Shown here one piece after another: positions 18,116-27,090 of a stretch of 32,254 nt of DNA. The number at the start of each line of letters is the position of its first letter. Positions within the stretch are counted from its first letter, which is position 1. A model generated the notes under the pieces. It worked only from the letters and a program-made list of their open reading frames with translations. It was not told where the DNA came from and did no database searches. The stretch is from Sandaracinaceae bacterium (lineage in GTDB: Bacteria > Myxococcota_A > Polyangia > Polyangiales > JADJQN01): contig CANKOL010000016.1 in assembly GCA_947483975.1 (NCBI GenBank), forward strand, positions 1 to 32,254, read 5' to 3'. The position numbers were made by a program, and so were the translations under genes.

Positions 18116-18131
18116 TGGCCCGCCCATTGCT
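18116..18131 (+). promoter_or_regulatory. Sigma54 (-24/-12) promoter of the tad operon
   Basis: TGGCCCG-CCCA-TTGCT vs consensus TGGCACG-N4-TTGCW; exact GG-N10-GC spacing; AT-rich tract upstream. Confidence 0.7.
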
Positions 18132-18165
18132 CTTACGTCGAGAAGCGGATTACTCTGAGACACCG

Positions 18166-18417
18166 ATGACCCCCTCACCCTCCCCACTGCCAGCCAAGCC
18201 GAGCGCCTCCGACGCGTCGCCGCTCCTGCGCACGGGCTCGGAGCGCGCTCCGAAGCGCAGCCTCCGGTCGAGCGAGGGCGGCGTCGTGATGGTCGAGTAC
18301 GTCACGCTGCTCTGTCTCGTCACCATCACGGGTGCCGCGACGGTGATGGCGCTCGGTGTGCCGCTGATGCAGCTGTTCCGGTACGTGCAGATGGTGATCG
18401 CGATGCCGATCCCCTGA
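18166..18417 (+). CDS. Flp-family pilin 1 (probably minor)
   Basis: Prepilin motif EGG|VVMVEY followed by a hydrophobic helix; start uncertain. Confidence 0.7.
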   Translation: MTPSPSPLPAKPSASDASPLLRTGSERAPKRSLRSSEGGVVMVEYVTLLCLVTITGAATVMALGVPLMQLFRYVQMVIAMPIP

Positions 18418-18485
18418 GCCCGCACCTCTCGAGAAGAATCCCCGTCGAGCTAGAAGTCCGAACGAACCAACCGAGGAGAGTCCAC

Positions 18486-18707
18486 ATGGCGCAGATCACG
18501 AAGAAGCAGTCGAAGAAGCCGTCCAAGAAGCAGATGCCCTCGCTCCTCAAGGATCAGCGCGGCCTCACCACGGTCGAGTACATCATCATCCTCTGCCTCA
18601 TCGCCGTCGTCGGCTTCGCCGTCTGGAAGAAGTTCGGCGAGACGGTCAAGGAGCGCGTGGGCGAGGCGGACGGCACGCTCGGCACCATGTCCGGGACCGC
18701 GGAATAG
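18486..18707 (+). CDS. flp: Flp-family pilin 2 (probable major pilin)
   Basis: DQRG|LTTVEYIIILCLIAVV...FG; Lys-rich leader; strong GAGGAG SD. Confidence 0.9.
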   Translation: MAQITKKQSKKPSKKQMPSLLKDQRGLTTVEYIIILCLIAVVGFAVWKKFGETVKERVGEADGTLGTMSGTAE

Positions 18708-18720
18708 CTCCGCACACGGC

Positions 18721-19275
18721 ATGACGCCTGAATGGGCCACGAACGGAGTTCGCCTCGGGGCGTTGCTGATCGTCGCAATCGCGGCGTTCACTGACGCTCG
18801 CAAGGAGCTGATTCCCAACTGGCTCACTCTGCCGATCGTCGTCGCTGCTCCGATCTTCTGGCTCTTCGTGGATATGCCGTGGGGCGGAGTCCGCTCTCTG
18901 ATCGGACTCGTGCTCTGCGGCGGCATCCTCTACGTCCTGTTTCGCATGAACGCGTGCGCCGGCGGGGACGTGAAACTCTTTGGGGCGATAGGCGCTTTGG
19001 TCGGCGGCGACTACGGCGGGCCTGGCCTCGGCATGGAAGCGCTTCTCTTCACGCTGATCACGGCGTCCCTCTATTCGCTCGTCAGGCTCGCGTGGGAGGG
19101 GAAGCTACTCCGCACTCTGGCGAACGCGTTCTTTCTACCTCTGAATCCGTTCCTCCCGAAGGCGTGGCGGCGGGAGATCGCTCCTGAGCTGATGTCGAAG
19201 GTGCGACTCGGCGTGCCGGCGCTCGTTGGAACCTTCATCGCCGTAGTGCTTCGCTATCCCGCGATCTGGACGTGA
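18721..19275 (+). CDS. cpaA: A24 prepilin peptidase (CpaA/TadV)
   Basis: AFTD...IPNWLT and AGGDVKL catalytic Asp motifs; multiple TMs. Confidence 0.9.
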   Translation: MTPEWATNGVRLGALLIVAIAAFTDARKELIPNWLTLPIVVAAPIFWLFVDMPWGGVRSLIGLVLCGGILYVLFRMNACAGGDVKLFGAIGALVGGDYGGPGLGMEALLFTLITASLYSLVRLAWEGKLLRTLANAFFLPLNPFLPKAWRREIAPELMSKVRLGVPALVGTFIAVVLRYPAIWT

Positions 19276-19295
19276 ACGTGCAAGGAGGGCTCGCG

Positions 19296-20261
19296 ATGCG
19301 CAGGGAACCAAAGCGAGCAGGGCTGCCGAAGACGACTCGAGTCTCTCTCGCGGGGGACGAGCGCGGCGCCGCCTACGTCGAGTTCCTGATCGTGTTCATC
19401 CCCGTCTTCATGATGTTCCTGGGCATGATCCAGGCAGCCATGATGTACGCCGCCAACCTCGTCGTGACGCACGCAGCGAACACTGCGTCGCGCGCGGCGG
19501 TCGTCGTGCTCGACGACCAGGAGTCGCGCTATGGCGACGAGGACCGCAACAGCCTCGCGGGCGGCGGGGGCGGCGATAGCCCGATGGACAGCGTCGGAGG
19601 CTTGCTCGAGTGGGCCGGGCTCGGCAGCGCCGGCGGCGTCTCGGGTGGCAGCTCGGGGGGCGGCTCCGACGGCGCGTCCGGCGAGCGCTTGAGCGCGATC
19701 CGCAGCGCGGCGTCGATCCCGCTGCTCGCGGTCTCACCGTCGTTCAGCCAGCTGATGGGCTCCGAGAGCGTGTATGCCGCCATCGGCGGGAACCCGGCAG
19801 AGCGTGGGCTCACGGGCGCCGCGCTCTACAACCGCACGGCGGTCGCGGTGACCTTCCCGACCGAGCGCGGGGGCAGCGAGTTCAAGACCGACTACGAGGA
19901 CAACGAGGACGTCACCGTCCGCGTGACCTATCTCTTTCACTGCGCGGTTCCGCTGGTGAATCGCATCATGTGCGACGACATCATCTCCCTGAAGACGGGA
20001 GTTCCGCTCGCGGCGGCGCAGCACCTCATGGACGTGACGTCCAGCGGCACGGCCTCTCTCGACGAGATCTCCGCAGCGGTCGACCGCGTTCAGAGCGCAC
20101 GCGACAGGCTCACGCGCGCCGAGCCCGGCGTGAGCGAGCTCGAGCAGGCTGAGTCGCCGTCGCTCTCGTTCCTCACTGCAGCGAGAGGCGCGCGCTTCAT
20201 CGTGCTGCGCGCCGAGGCCACCATGCCGAATCACGGCGCACCGTACAGCTACGTGGAGTGA
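19296..20261 (+). CDS. tadE: TadE-like minor pilin with enlarged C-domain
   Basis: DERG|AAYVEFLIVFIP...HAANTASRAAVV; VTVRVTYLF; AGGAGG SD before ATG 19296. Confidence 0.82.
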   Translation: MRREPKRAGLPKTTRVSLAGDERGAAYVEFLIVFIPVFMMFLGMIQAAMMYAANLVVTHAANTASRAAVVVLDDQESRYGDEDRNSLAGGGGGDSPMDSVGGLLEWAGLGSAGGVSGGSSGGGSDGASGERLSAIRSAASIPLLAVSPSFSQLMGSESVYAAIGGNPAERGLTGAALYNRTAVAVTFPTERGGSEFKTDYEDNEDVTVRVTYLFHCAVPLVNRIMCDDIISLKTGVPLAAAQHLMDVTSSGTASLDEISAAVDRVQSARDRLTRAEPGVSELEQAESPSLSFLTAARGARFIVLRAEATMPNHGAPYSYVE

Positions 20262-20265
20262 CGCC

Positions 20266-21606
20266 ATGAAGACGACGCACACTGCTCCGAGCAACGAAAA
20301 GCCTGGTCTGCTCGCCGATCAGGACGGCGCGATCATGGTCATGGGCGTGTTCATGGCCGTCCTCTTGGTCGGCTTCATGTACTACCTGATCGGCGTCGGT
20401 GAGACGATCTTCTACCGCGAGCGCATGTCCGACGCGGGAGACGCGGGCGCCTGGGCCGCCGCCGTCATGCACGCGCGCGGGATGAACGCGATCGTCCTCA
20501 TCAACATGGTCATGGCGGCCATCGCCGCGGTCGTGCTCGCGATCGGCGCGGTGCTCCTGATCATCGATATCGGACTCGTGATCTCGGGCATCTTGTGCGC
20601 GATTCCATACACGGCAGCGATCGGCTGCCCGATCGAGTCTGCGCTCAACGCGGTGCGCCCGACGGTCAAAGAGATCCACGACCTCGCGAAGGAGTTCGCG
20701 GACGCGGTCTTGCCGGTGCTGAACGCCGCCGCGACCGGTATCAAGTGGGCAGTCCCTTGGCTCGCCGAGGTGAAGGTCGTCAACGTCGGGGTGGCCTACC
20801 ATCCGCCGGTCGACCTCGGGATCTTCGTGTCCAAGACGCTCGCTCAGGGCCTCCCCGTCGAGGACTCCGAGTGCCAAGAGCTCGAGGACCGCGGCGTCGT
20901 CTACGTCGAGGAGCTGATCGGGCGCGCGACGGGCGGGATCCCGGTCTTGAGCACCGTGATGGGCTGGGTCGGCGGGCTCGCGGCGCGCGGCGGCAGCGCG
21001 GTGTACGGCGGAGTCTGCGGCGGCGGCGGCGGCGAGGCGGGCGCGGACCTCATCTCCGGAGCGGTGTCCGCCGCGACCTCGGCCGCGAAGGAAGAGGCTG
21101 GCTGCAATGACGACCCGCCGCCCGATCCGTATCCCGATATGTGCAGCGACGAGGACCCGGAGAGCGGCGGCGTGACCTCGCCCGAGGGGTCCTCGAGCGG
21201 CAGCGACGACAAGGCCCCGAAGAAGGTCAAGGACGACTGCAACCTCGGCGATGAGTGCTTTCAACTCCGCGCGATCATGATCGGCACGCCGGGCTACGAG
21301 AAGACGATGAAGGGCGTGCAGATCGCCAACTGGGGTCGCGAGAGCGACGCCGGCTCGACCTACACGACGCTCGCCGAGCTCGGACGCGGCTCGCTCGCCC
21401 AGGCCGAGTTCTACTGGGACAAGGAAGGCGAGGACGCGCAGGAGATGCGCGAAGAGTGGATGTGGGAGATGAACTGGCGCGCTCGCCTGCGCCGCTTCCG
21501 CGTCCCGATGGACTCGATCCTCGGCGAGGCTTGCGGCGCCGGCGGCGGCTTCTGCGACGCGCTGTCGGGCAGCTCGGACATGATCAACTCGGTCATCGTG
21601 CACTGA
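20266..21606 (+). CDS. TadG-like pilin-family protein, Cys-rich
   Basis: DQDG|AIMVMG hydrophobic helix followed by MSDAGDAGAWAAA (Tad N-terminal motif); second hydrophobic segment; W-x-A-R-L near the C-terminus. Confidence 0.75.
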   Translation: MKTTHTAPSNEKPGLLADQDGAIMVMGVFMAVLLVGFMYYLIGVGETIFYRERMSDAGDAGAWAAAVMHARGMNAIVLINMVMAAIAAVVLAIGAVLLIIDIGLVISGILCAIPYTAAIGCPIESALNAVRPTVKEIHDLAKEFADAVLPVLNAAATGIKWAVPWLAEVKVVNVGVAYHPPVDLGIFVSKTLAQGLPVEDSECQELEDRGVVYVEELIGRATGGIPVLSTVMGWVGGLAARGGSAVYGGVCGGGGGEAGADLISGAVSAATSAAKEEAGCNDDPPPDPYPDMCSDEDPESGGVTSPEGSSSGSDDKAPKKVKDDCNLGDECFQLRAIMIGTPGYEKTMKGVQIANWGRESDAGSTYTTLAELGRGSLAQAEFYWDKEGEDAQEMREEWMWEMNWRARLRRFRVPMDSILGEACGAGGGFCDALSGSSDMINSVIVH

Positions 21607-22184
21607 TGGAGCGTCCGATGAACTCTCCTCGAACCCGCTCGAAGATCGCCCGCGCCGCGGCCGCGAGCCGCGCCTCGAAGAACGCGCGCCGCACCTGGCG
21701 CGCCCTGCTCCGGGACGAGCGCGGGAGCGTGACGACCGAGGCCGTCATCATGCTGCCGTTCTTCATCCTCGTGTGGGGCTGCATCATCTACGTCTCGCAG
21801 CTCTACGAGAAGGGCATCGAGACGCAGGCGGTCGCGCGGGAGTGCGCTTGGCGGCACGCGAAGGACAACTGCGAGGGCGAGACGCGCTGCTCGATCGCGA
21901 GCGCCCTCGACGTCAGCTCGGATTACGGCCCGACCGACGACGGCTCGATCTCGGACGCCGAGGGCTCGGGCGGGCCCGGCTTCCTCGGGGATGGCTTCCT
22001 GACGAACATCCTCTTCGGGAGCGACATCACCGCGACGGCGCAGGACACGACGCCGAAGCCGGAAGTGATCGGCGGCGGGGACGCGCAGCTCACGGGCAAG
22101 ATGGGCCTCGCGTGCAACGAGAAGCCTCGAGGCGACCTCGGGGACGTGATCAGCTCCGCTTGGGGCGCCCTATGGACGATGTGA
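21606..22184 (+). CDS. TadE/TadF-like minor pilin
   Basis: DERG|SVTTEAVIMLPFFILVW...VARECAW; TGATG coupling (alternative ATG 21618). Confidence 0.8.
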   Translation: MERPMNSPRTRSKIARAAAASRASKNARRTWRALLRDERGSVTTEAVIMLPFFILVWGCIIYVSQLYEKGIETQAVARECAWRHAKDNCEGETRCSIASALDVSSDYGPTDDGSISDAEGSGGPGFLGDGFLTNILFGSDITATAQDTTPKPEVIGGGDAQLTGKMGLACNEKPRGDLGDVISSAWGALWTM

Positions 22185-22197
22185 TGCGGAGGCTCTC

Positions 22198-23211
22198 ATG
22201 ACCGTTCCCGTCACCAAGAAGCGCCGAGTGAGGTTCTCGCTCGGCTCGCTGATCGTGTCCCGTACGCGGCGCAACGTCGTCGAGTACCTCCCGCGCCTCG
22301 CGCGCGTCGGTGCACTCCTCGTGGTCGTGTTCGGCGGCGTGTTCTTCTTCGTCGGGCACCGCGCGAAGGCTGACATTCACGAGGTGATGCTCGGCTTCGG
22401 CGCGCAGATGATGCGCTACGACGGCGCTGACCGGCAGGGCACGCCGCGGCAGATCTACATGAACGGCGAGCGTATGTTGCTCGCGACGGCGTCGACGACG
22501 AACTCGCTCGACGCGGTGCTCGACTACTACGAGCAGCGCTGCATGAAGCGCGACGGCGGGCTCGAGCAGCAGCTTCTGCGGGCGAGCGGCGCGACCCGCC
22601 CGGGCGCGCTCCCCGTCGACGAGCGCGCGATCGACACGACGATTCGGCACGACACCGGCAGCCGTGGTTACGTCGCCTGCCTCGACATGGGCGAGGGCGC
22701 CGTCTCGATCGGCGAGCTCACGCAGCGCCTGACAGCGTTCGCCGACACCGGCAACCTCGGCGAGGTCGGGCACCTGCGCTACGTCTACGTCACCGACGAG
22801 ATCACGAAGCGGCACATCGTCACCTTCTGGACGGAGGAGACGTTCAACATCGCGAAGATGATCCCGAAGACGGGCGACGCTCCCGGGCGTGACGTCGATG
22901 GGCTCCCGCGCCCGGCAGGCTCGCGTCGGATGCTCTCGGCTTGGGAGGAGGGGCAGCCGCAGTCGCTGACCGTCTACACCTTCGCACAGCAGGGCCAGGC
23001 GGCGCTCGAGACGTTCTATCGCGCCGAGCTTCCGCGGCGCGGCTGGACCGTGAAGAGCCCCCGGGATTTGTCGGCAGGACGCCTCGGTCGGCCCGCCGAG
23101 CTCGACGACGTGCACGTGCTCGGCGCGGAGCGCCAAGGGCGCAGCGCGTTCCTCGTCCTCGGCGAGGACGCAGATGGTCGTGGCACGTTGACGGTCCTCA
23201 CGGCCCGGTGA
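22198..23211 (+). CDS. Uncharacterised single-TM protein inside the tad operon
   Basis: GGAGG SD; basic N-tail, TM (VGALLVVVFGGVFFFV), ~280-aa soluble domain; no recognised motif. Confidence 0.75.
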   Translation: MTVPVTKKRRVRFSLGSLIVSRTRRNVVEYLPRLARVGALLVVVFGGVFFFVGHRAKADIHEVMLGFGAQMMRYDGADRQGTPRQIYMNGERMLLATASTTNSLDAVLDYYEQRCMKRDGGLEQQLLRASGATRPGALPVDERAIDTTIRHDTGSRGYVACLDMGEGAVSIGELTQRLTAFADTGNLGEVGHLRYVYVTDEITKRHIVTFWTEETFNIAKMIPKTGDAPGRDVDGLPRPAGSRRMLSAWEEGQPQSLTVYTFAQQGQAALETFYRAELPRRGWTVKSPRDLSAGRLGRPAELDDVHVLGAERQGRSAFLVLGEDADGRGTLTVLTAR

Positions 23212-23269
23212 CGCGCGTAACGGCTTCTATTCCGTCGCGATTCGGTCTAGCCTCGCCCCCGAGGAAACG

Positions 23270-24094
23270 ATGAATCGCAAGGCGTTGATCGCTGCTGGCA
23301 TCGCCGCCCTCGCTGGGCTCGGGATGCTCTTTCTGTACATGAAGCGCTTCGAGGCCGAGGCGTCGGGCGGCGCTCCCGTGATGGTCCTCATGGCCACGCA
23401 GGACATCCCCATGGGGACCGCGATCACGCGGCAGATGGTCGGCGCGCGTCCGCTGCCGAGCGCCTACCTCGAGGAGCGCCACATCCGCTCGGCAGATGCC
23501 GAGCGGATCTACGGCGTGCGAGTGTCGATGGGCGTGAAGGCGAACGAGTCCGTGCTGTGGACCGACCTCGCGACCACGAGCGAGCAGCGCCGCGATCTCT
23601 CGGCGCTCGTCCGCAACGGGCAGCGCGCGATCACCGTGCGCGCCGGGCAGACCTCGTCCTTCGGCGGGATGCTGCGCCCGGGCGACCGCGTCGACGTGCT
23701 GCTGACGGCCGACCGTCCCGGCGCGGGGCTCGCAGGGTCCGGTGATCTGACGATGTCGCGCGTGACCATCCCGCTCTTGCAGAACCTGCTCGTGCTGGCT
23801 GTCGGCCGGGACACGGGCGGCGAGCAGGCGGGCACCCCGGCGCGACCCGGCGGGCGCGCGGGACCGCAGCCGAATCAGGTCACGCTGAGCGCGACCGTCG
23901 CGCAGTCGCAGACGCTCACTTACGCGGCCGACCGCGGTGAGTTGACCCTCATCCTGCGCAACCCCGACGACATCGCCATTCTCGATGGCCTGCCGGAGAC
24001 CAGCGCGCGGGACATCCTCGAGCCCGAGCGCCGGGCTGTCCTGCTTCGTCGGGAGCACCCCGCGACCGCACCGGAGATCGAACGTGTCCAGTAG
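23270..24094 (+). CDS. cpaB: Flp pilus assembly protein CpaB/RcpC
   Basis: N-terminal TM, SAF-like VLMATQDIPMGTAIT, GQRAITV, LRPGDRVDVL, LLQNLLVLAVG, LTLILRN. Confidence 0.92.
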   Translation: MNRKALIAAGIAALAGLGMLFLYMKRFEAEASGGAPVMVLMATQDIPMGTAITRQMVGARPLPSAYLEERHIRSADAERIYGVRVSMGVKANESVLWTDLATTSEQRRDLSALVRNGQRAITVRAGQTSSFGGMLRPGDRVDVLLTADRPGAGLAGSGDLTMSRVTIPLLQNLLVLAVGRDTGGEQAGTPARPGGRAGPQPNQVTLSATVAQSQTLTYAADRGELTLILRNPDDIAILDGLPETSARDILEPERRAVLLRREHPATAPEIERVQ

Positions 24095-25361
24095 CCTCAT
24101 CAGTCGGAGCATCGTCCGGGAAGTCTCGATCGCGTTGGCGTTCTGCGCGCTCGTCGTCGCCGCGCTCGGCGCGCCGTCGGCGCACGCGCAGCAGATGCAG
24201 CGCCGCGATCTCGAGCTGCAGATCGGGGAGCAGACGAGCCTGCCGGCGGACGGCGTGCGGAGCTACTCCGAGGGCGTCGCCGGGGTCGCCGACATCCGCG
24301 TCTCCCGCGAGACGGGGCAGTTCATCGTGCTCGGGCAGCGCGCCGGGACGACCTCGCTCCTGCTCATCATGGAGGACGGGAGTCAGGTCCAGTATCACAT
24401 CGTCGTGCGGGGCGCGGAGGCCGCGACCGCGGGCGTGTCGGAGCGCGACAACGTCCGAATCGACTTCTACTTCGTGCAGGTCTCGGACGAGTACTCGCAC
24501 AAGATCGGGCTCGGCTGGCCCGCGTTCATCGGCGGCGCCGGCGTCAGCCGCTTCACGGGCGCGCTCGACCTCACGACCTCGAGCATCACGAGCGCGCAGC
24601 TGCTCGTCACCAATCAGCCGCTCCCGCGCCTCGATCTCCTGCAGTCGACTGGCTGGGCGCGCATCGCGCGGCAGGCGGCGCTGATCACGGTCAACGGCAA
24701 TCAGGGCATCTTCAACAGCGGTGGCGAGGTCAACGTGATGGTCTCTGGAGGGATGTCGGCCTCCATTCAGTCCATCAAGTTCGGCAGTCAGATCACCGTC
24801 CTTCCGAACTACGACCGCTCCTCCGGGCGCGTCGAGCTGCGCATCGTCGCGGACGTCAGTGACCTCACGGACGACCGCGGTTTGGGCCTCCCGGGGCGCA
24901 CCGTCTCGCACCTCGAGACGCTCGTGAACCTCGAGATGGGGCAGGCGATCATGCTCGCCGGCATTCAGGCGGACGCCGAGGGCAGCGGGCGCACGGGCCT
25001 GCCGGGGCTCTCGCAGATCCCGATCTTCGGCGTGCTCTTCGGCACGCACACCGCCCGCAGCGAGCAGACCCGCAACGTGCTCTTCATCGTGCCGACGGTC
25101 GTCGACGCGGTGAGCGCGCGGTCGCGCGACGCAATCGGCGACGCGATGCAGATCTATCAGGACTTCAACGGCGGCGCAGAAGACGTGCTCCTCTTCGCCC
25201 CGATCCACAGCGGCGGTCCGAGCGCGGCGGTTCACTCGGGCGCGACCTCCGACTCGAGCGACACCGAGGCACCGTCGGCGCGTCCCGCGGCCCCCGCTGG
25301 CGGCGCTCCGCGCGGTGCAGGCGGCGCGCGCGGATGGCCCGCCACGCGCACGACCAACTGA
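24084..25361 (+). CDS. cpaC: Tad secretin CpaC/RcpA
   Basis: Signal peptide (AHA|QQ); N-domain LGQRAGTTSLLL; secretin motifs FNSGGE, KFG, LPGLSQIPIFGVLF, LFIVPTVV; GTG 24084 with GGAG SD. Confidence 0.85.
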   Translation: MSSSLISRSIVREVSIALAFCALVVAALGAPSAHAQQMQRRDLELQIGEQTSLPADGVRSYSEGVAGVADIRVSRETGQFIVLGQRAGTTSLLLIMEDGSQVQYHIVVRGAEAATAGVSERDNVRIDFYFVQVSDEYSHKIGLGWPAFIGGAGVSRFTGALDLTTSSITSAQLLVTNQPLPRLDLLQSTGWARIARQAALITVNGNQGIFNSGGEVNVMVSGGMSASIQSIKFGSQITVLPNYDRSSGRVELRIVADVSDLTDDRGLGLPGRTVSHLETLVNLEMGQAIMLAGIQADAEGSGRTGLPGLSQIPIFGVLFGTHTARSEQTRNVLFIVPTVVDAVSARSRDAIGDAMQIYQDFNGGAEDVLLFAPIHSGGPSAAVHSGATSDSSDTEAPSARPAAPAGGAPRGAGGARGWPATRTTN

Positions 25362-25365
25362 CGTC

Positions 25366-27090
25366 ATGCTGCTGTCCATCGAGCTCTCGGACGGGACGGT
25401 CGAGAACCTCGCGATCAACGATACTCCGCAGGTCGTGATAGGCCGCGACCCGAGCTGCCATGTCGTGCTGCCCTCTCCAGAGGTCTCTCGACGGCACTGC
25501 AGACTCGATGTCACGCCGCAGGGAGTGACCATCACGGACACTTCGGCGAATGGCACGCTCGTCGGCAACGAGCGAGTCGTCGCGGCGACGATCCTGCTGC
25601 AGCCTGAGGTCCCGTTTCGCGTGGGGCCCTATGTGGTGCGGCTGCGTGGTGGTCAGCTGCGCAAGGTGGAGCCCCCGCAGGTGCCCCGCGCGCCCGCCTC
25701 CGCGATGGTGACGGCGGCGCAGAAGACCGTCACCTCCGTGCCTGCGGCGGCGGCGTATCGCGAGCCCGCCCCGGCACCGCCGGCCGCGGACGACCCGATC
25801 TGGCGGCACCGGCACGGCACCAAGAACGTCACCGTCGAGGTGCGTCGGCGCCTGCACCGGATGCTGCTCGATCATCTCGACCTCGCGAGCCTCGATCGCG
25901 CGAAGATGGACGACCGCGTCATGCGCCCGAAGGTGCTCGACGCGCTCAAGCGCATCGTGCAGACGATCGCGCGCGACCTGCCGGCGGGCACGGACCTGGC
26001 CCAGCTGATCGAGGAGATGAGCGACGAGGCGCTCGGGCTCGGCCCGCTCGAGCTGCTGCTCGCCGACGAGAGCGTCAACGAGATCATGGTCGTCGACCCG
26101 TACACGATCTTCGTCGAGCGCGCGGGCAAGATCGAGCACACGCCGCTTCGCTTCACGGACGACGAGAGCGTGCGCGCGGTCATCGAGCGCATCGTCACGC
26201 CGCTCGGACGGCGCATCGACGAGTCGACTCCGCTCGTCGACGCGCGCCTCAAGGACGGCTCGCGCGTCAACGCGATCATCAAGCCGCTCGCGCTCCGCGG
26301 CGCGTGCATCACGATCCGCAAGTTCGCGCGGCACGCGCTCAAGCTCGAGGACCTCGTGCGCTTCGGCGCGCTGACCGAGCAGATGGGGCGCTTCCTCGTG
26401 CGCTCGGTGACGGCGCGCAAGAACATCGTGATCTCGGGCGGCACGGGCTCCGGCAAGACGACGCTGCTCAACGTGCTCTCGGGCGCGATTCCCGCCGACG
26501 AGCGCGTCGTGACGATCGAGGACGCCGCAGAGTTGCGCCTCGTGCAGCCGCACGTGGTCTCGCTCGAGTCCCGCCCGCCCAACATGGAGGGGAAGGGCGA
26601 GATCACGATCCGTGACCTCGTGAAGAACGCGCTGCGTATGCGGCCGGATCGCATCGTCGTCGGCGAGTGCCGCGGCGGCGAGGCGCTCGATATGTTGCAG
26701 GCGATGAACACCGGGCACGACGGCTCGATGACGACGACGCACGCGAACAGCCCGCGCGAGGCCATCGCGCGCCTCGAGACCCTCGTGATGATGAGCGGGC
26801 TCGACCTGCCGCTGCGCGCGATCCGAGAGCAGATCGCGCAGTCCGTGCATGTCGTGCTGCAGCAGTCGCGTATGTCGGACGGCTCGCGCAAGATCACGAG
26901 CATCGCCGAGGTGACGGGCATCGACGAGGAGCACGGGGAGATCATCGTCGCCGAGATCTTCCGCTTCGAGCGCACCGGGCTCGGCAAGAACGGCAAGGTC
27001 CTCGGGGAGTTCCGCGCGACGGGCTTTCTGCCTTCGTTCCTCGACGAGTTCATCAAGCGCGGGCTCGTGCGGGAGGGCGACTACCTGTGA
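25366..27090 (+). CDS. cpaF: FHA domain-fused TadA/CpaF ATPase
   Basis: FHA (IGR, VSRRH, SANGT); GLGPLE; Walker A GGTGSGKTT; IEDAAEL; RPDRIVVGECRG; GHDGSMTTTHAN. Confidence 0.93.
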   Translation: MLLSIELSDGTVENLAINDTPQVVIGRDPSCHVVLPSPEVSRRHCRLDVTPQGVTITDTSANGTLVGNERVVAATILLQPEVPFRVGPYVVRLRGGQLRKVEPPQVPRAPASAMVTAAQKTVTSVPAAAAYREPAPAPPAADDPIWRHRHGTKNVTVEVRRRLHRMLLDHLDLASLDRAKMDDRVMRPKVLDALKRIVQTIARDLPAGTDLAQLIEEMSDEALGLGPLELLLADESVNEIMVVDPYTIFVERAGKIEHTPLRFTDDESVRAVIERIVTPLGRRIDESTPLVDARLKDGSRVNAIIKPLALRGACITIRKFARHALKLEDLVRFGALTEQMGRFLVRSVTARKNIVISGGTGSGKTTLLNVLSGAIPADERVVTIEDAAELRLVQPHVVSLESRPPNMEGKGEITIRDLVKNALRMRPDRIVVGECRGGEALDMLQAMNTGHDGSMTTTHANSPREAIARLETLVMMSGLDLPLRAIREQIAQSVHVVLQQSRMSDGSRKITSIAEVTGIDEEHGEIIVAEIFRFERTGLGKNGKVLGEFRATGFLPSFLDEFIKRGLVREGDYL

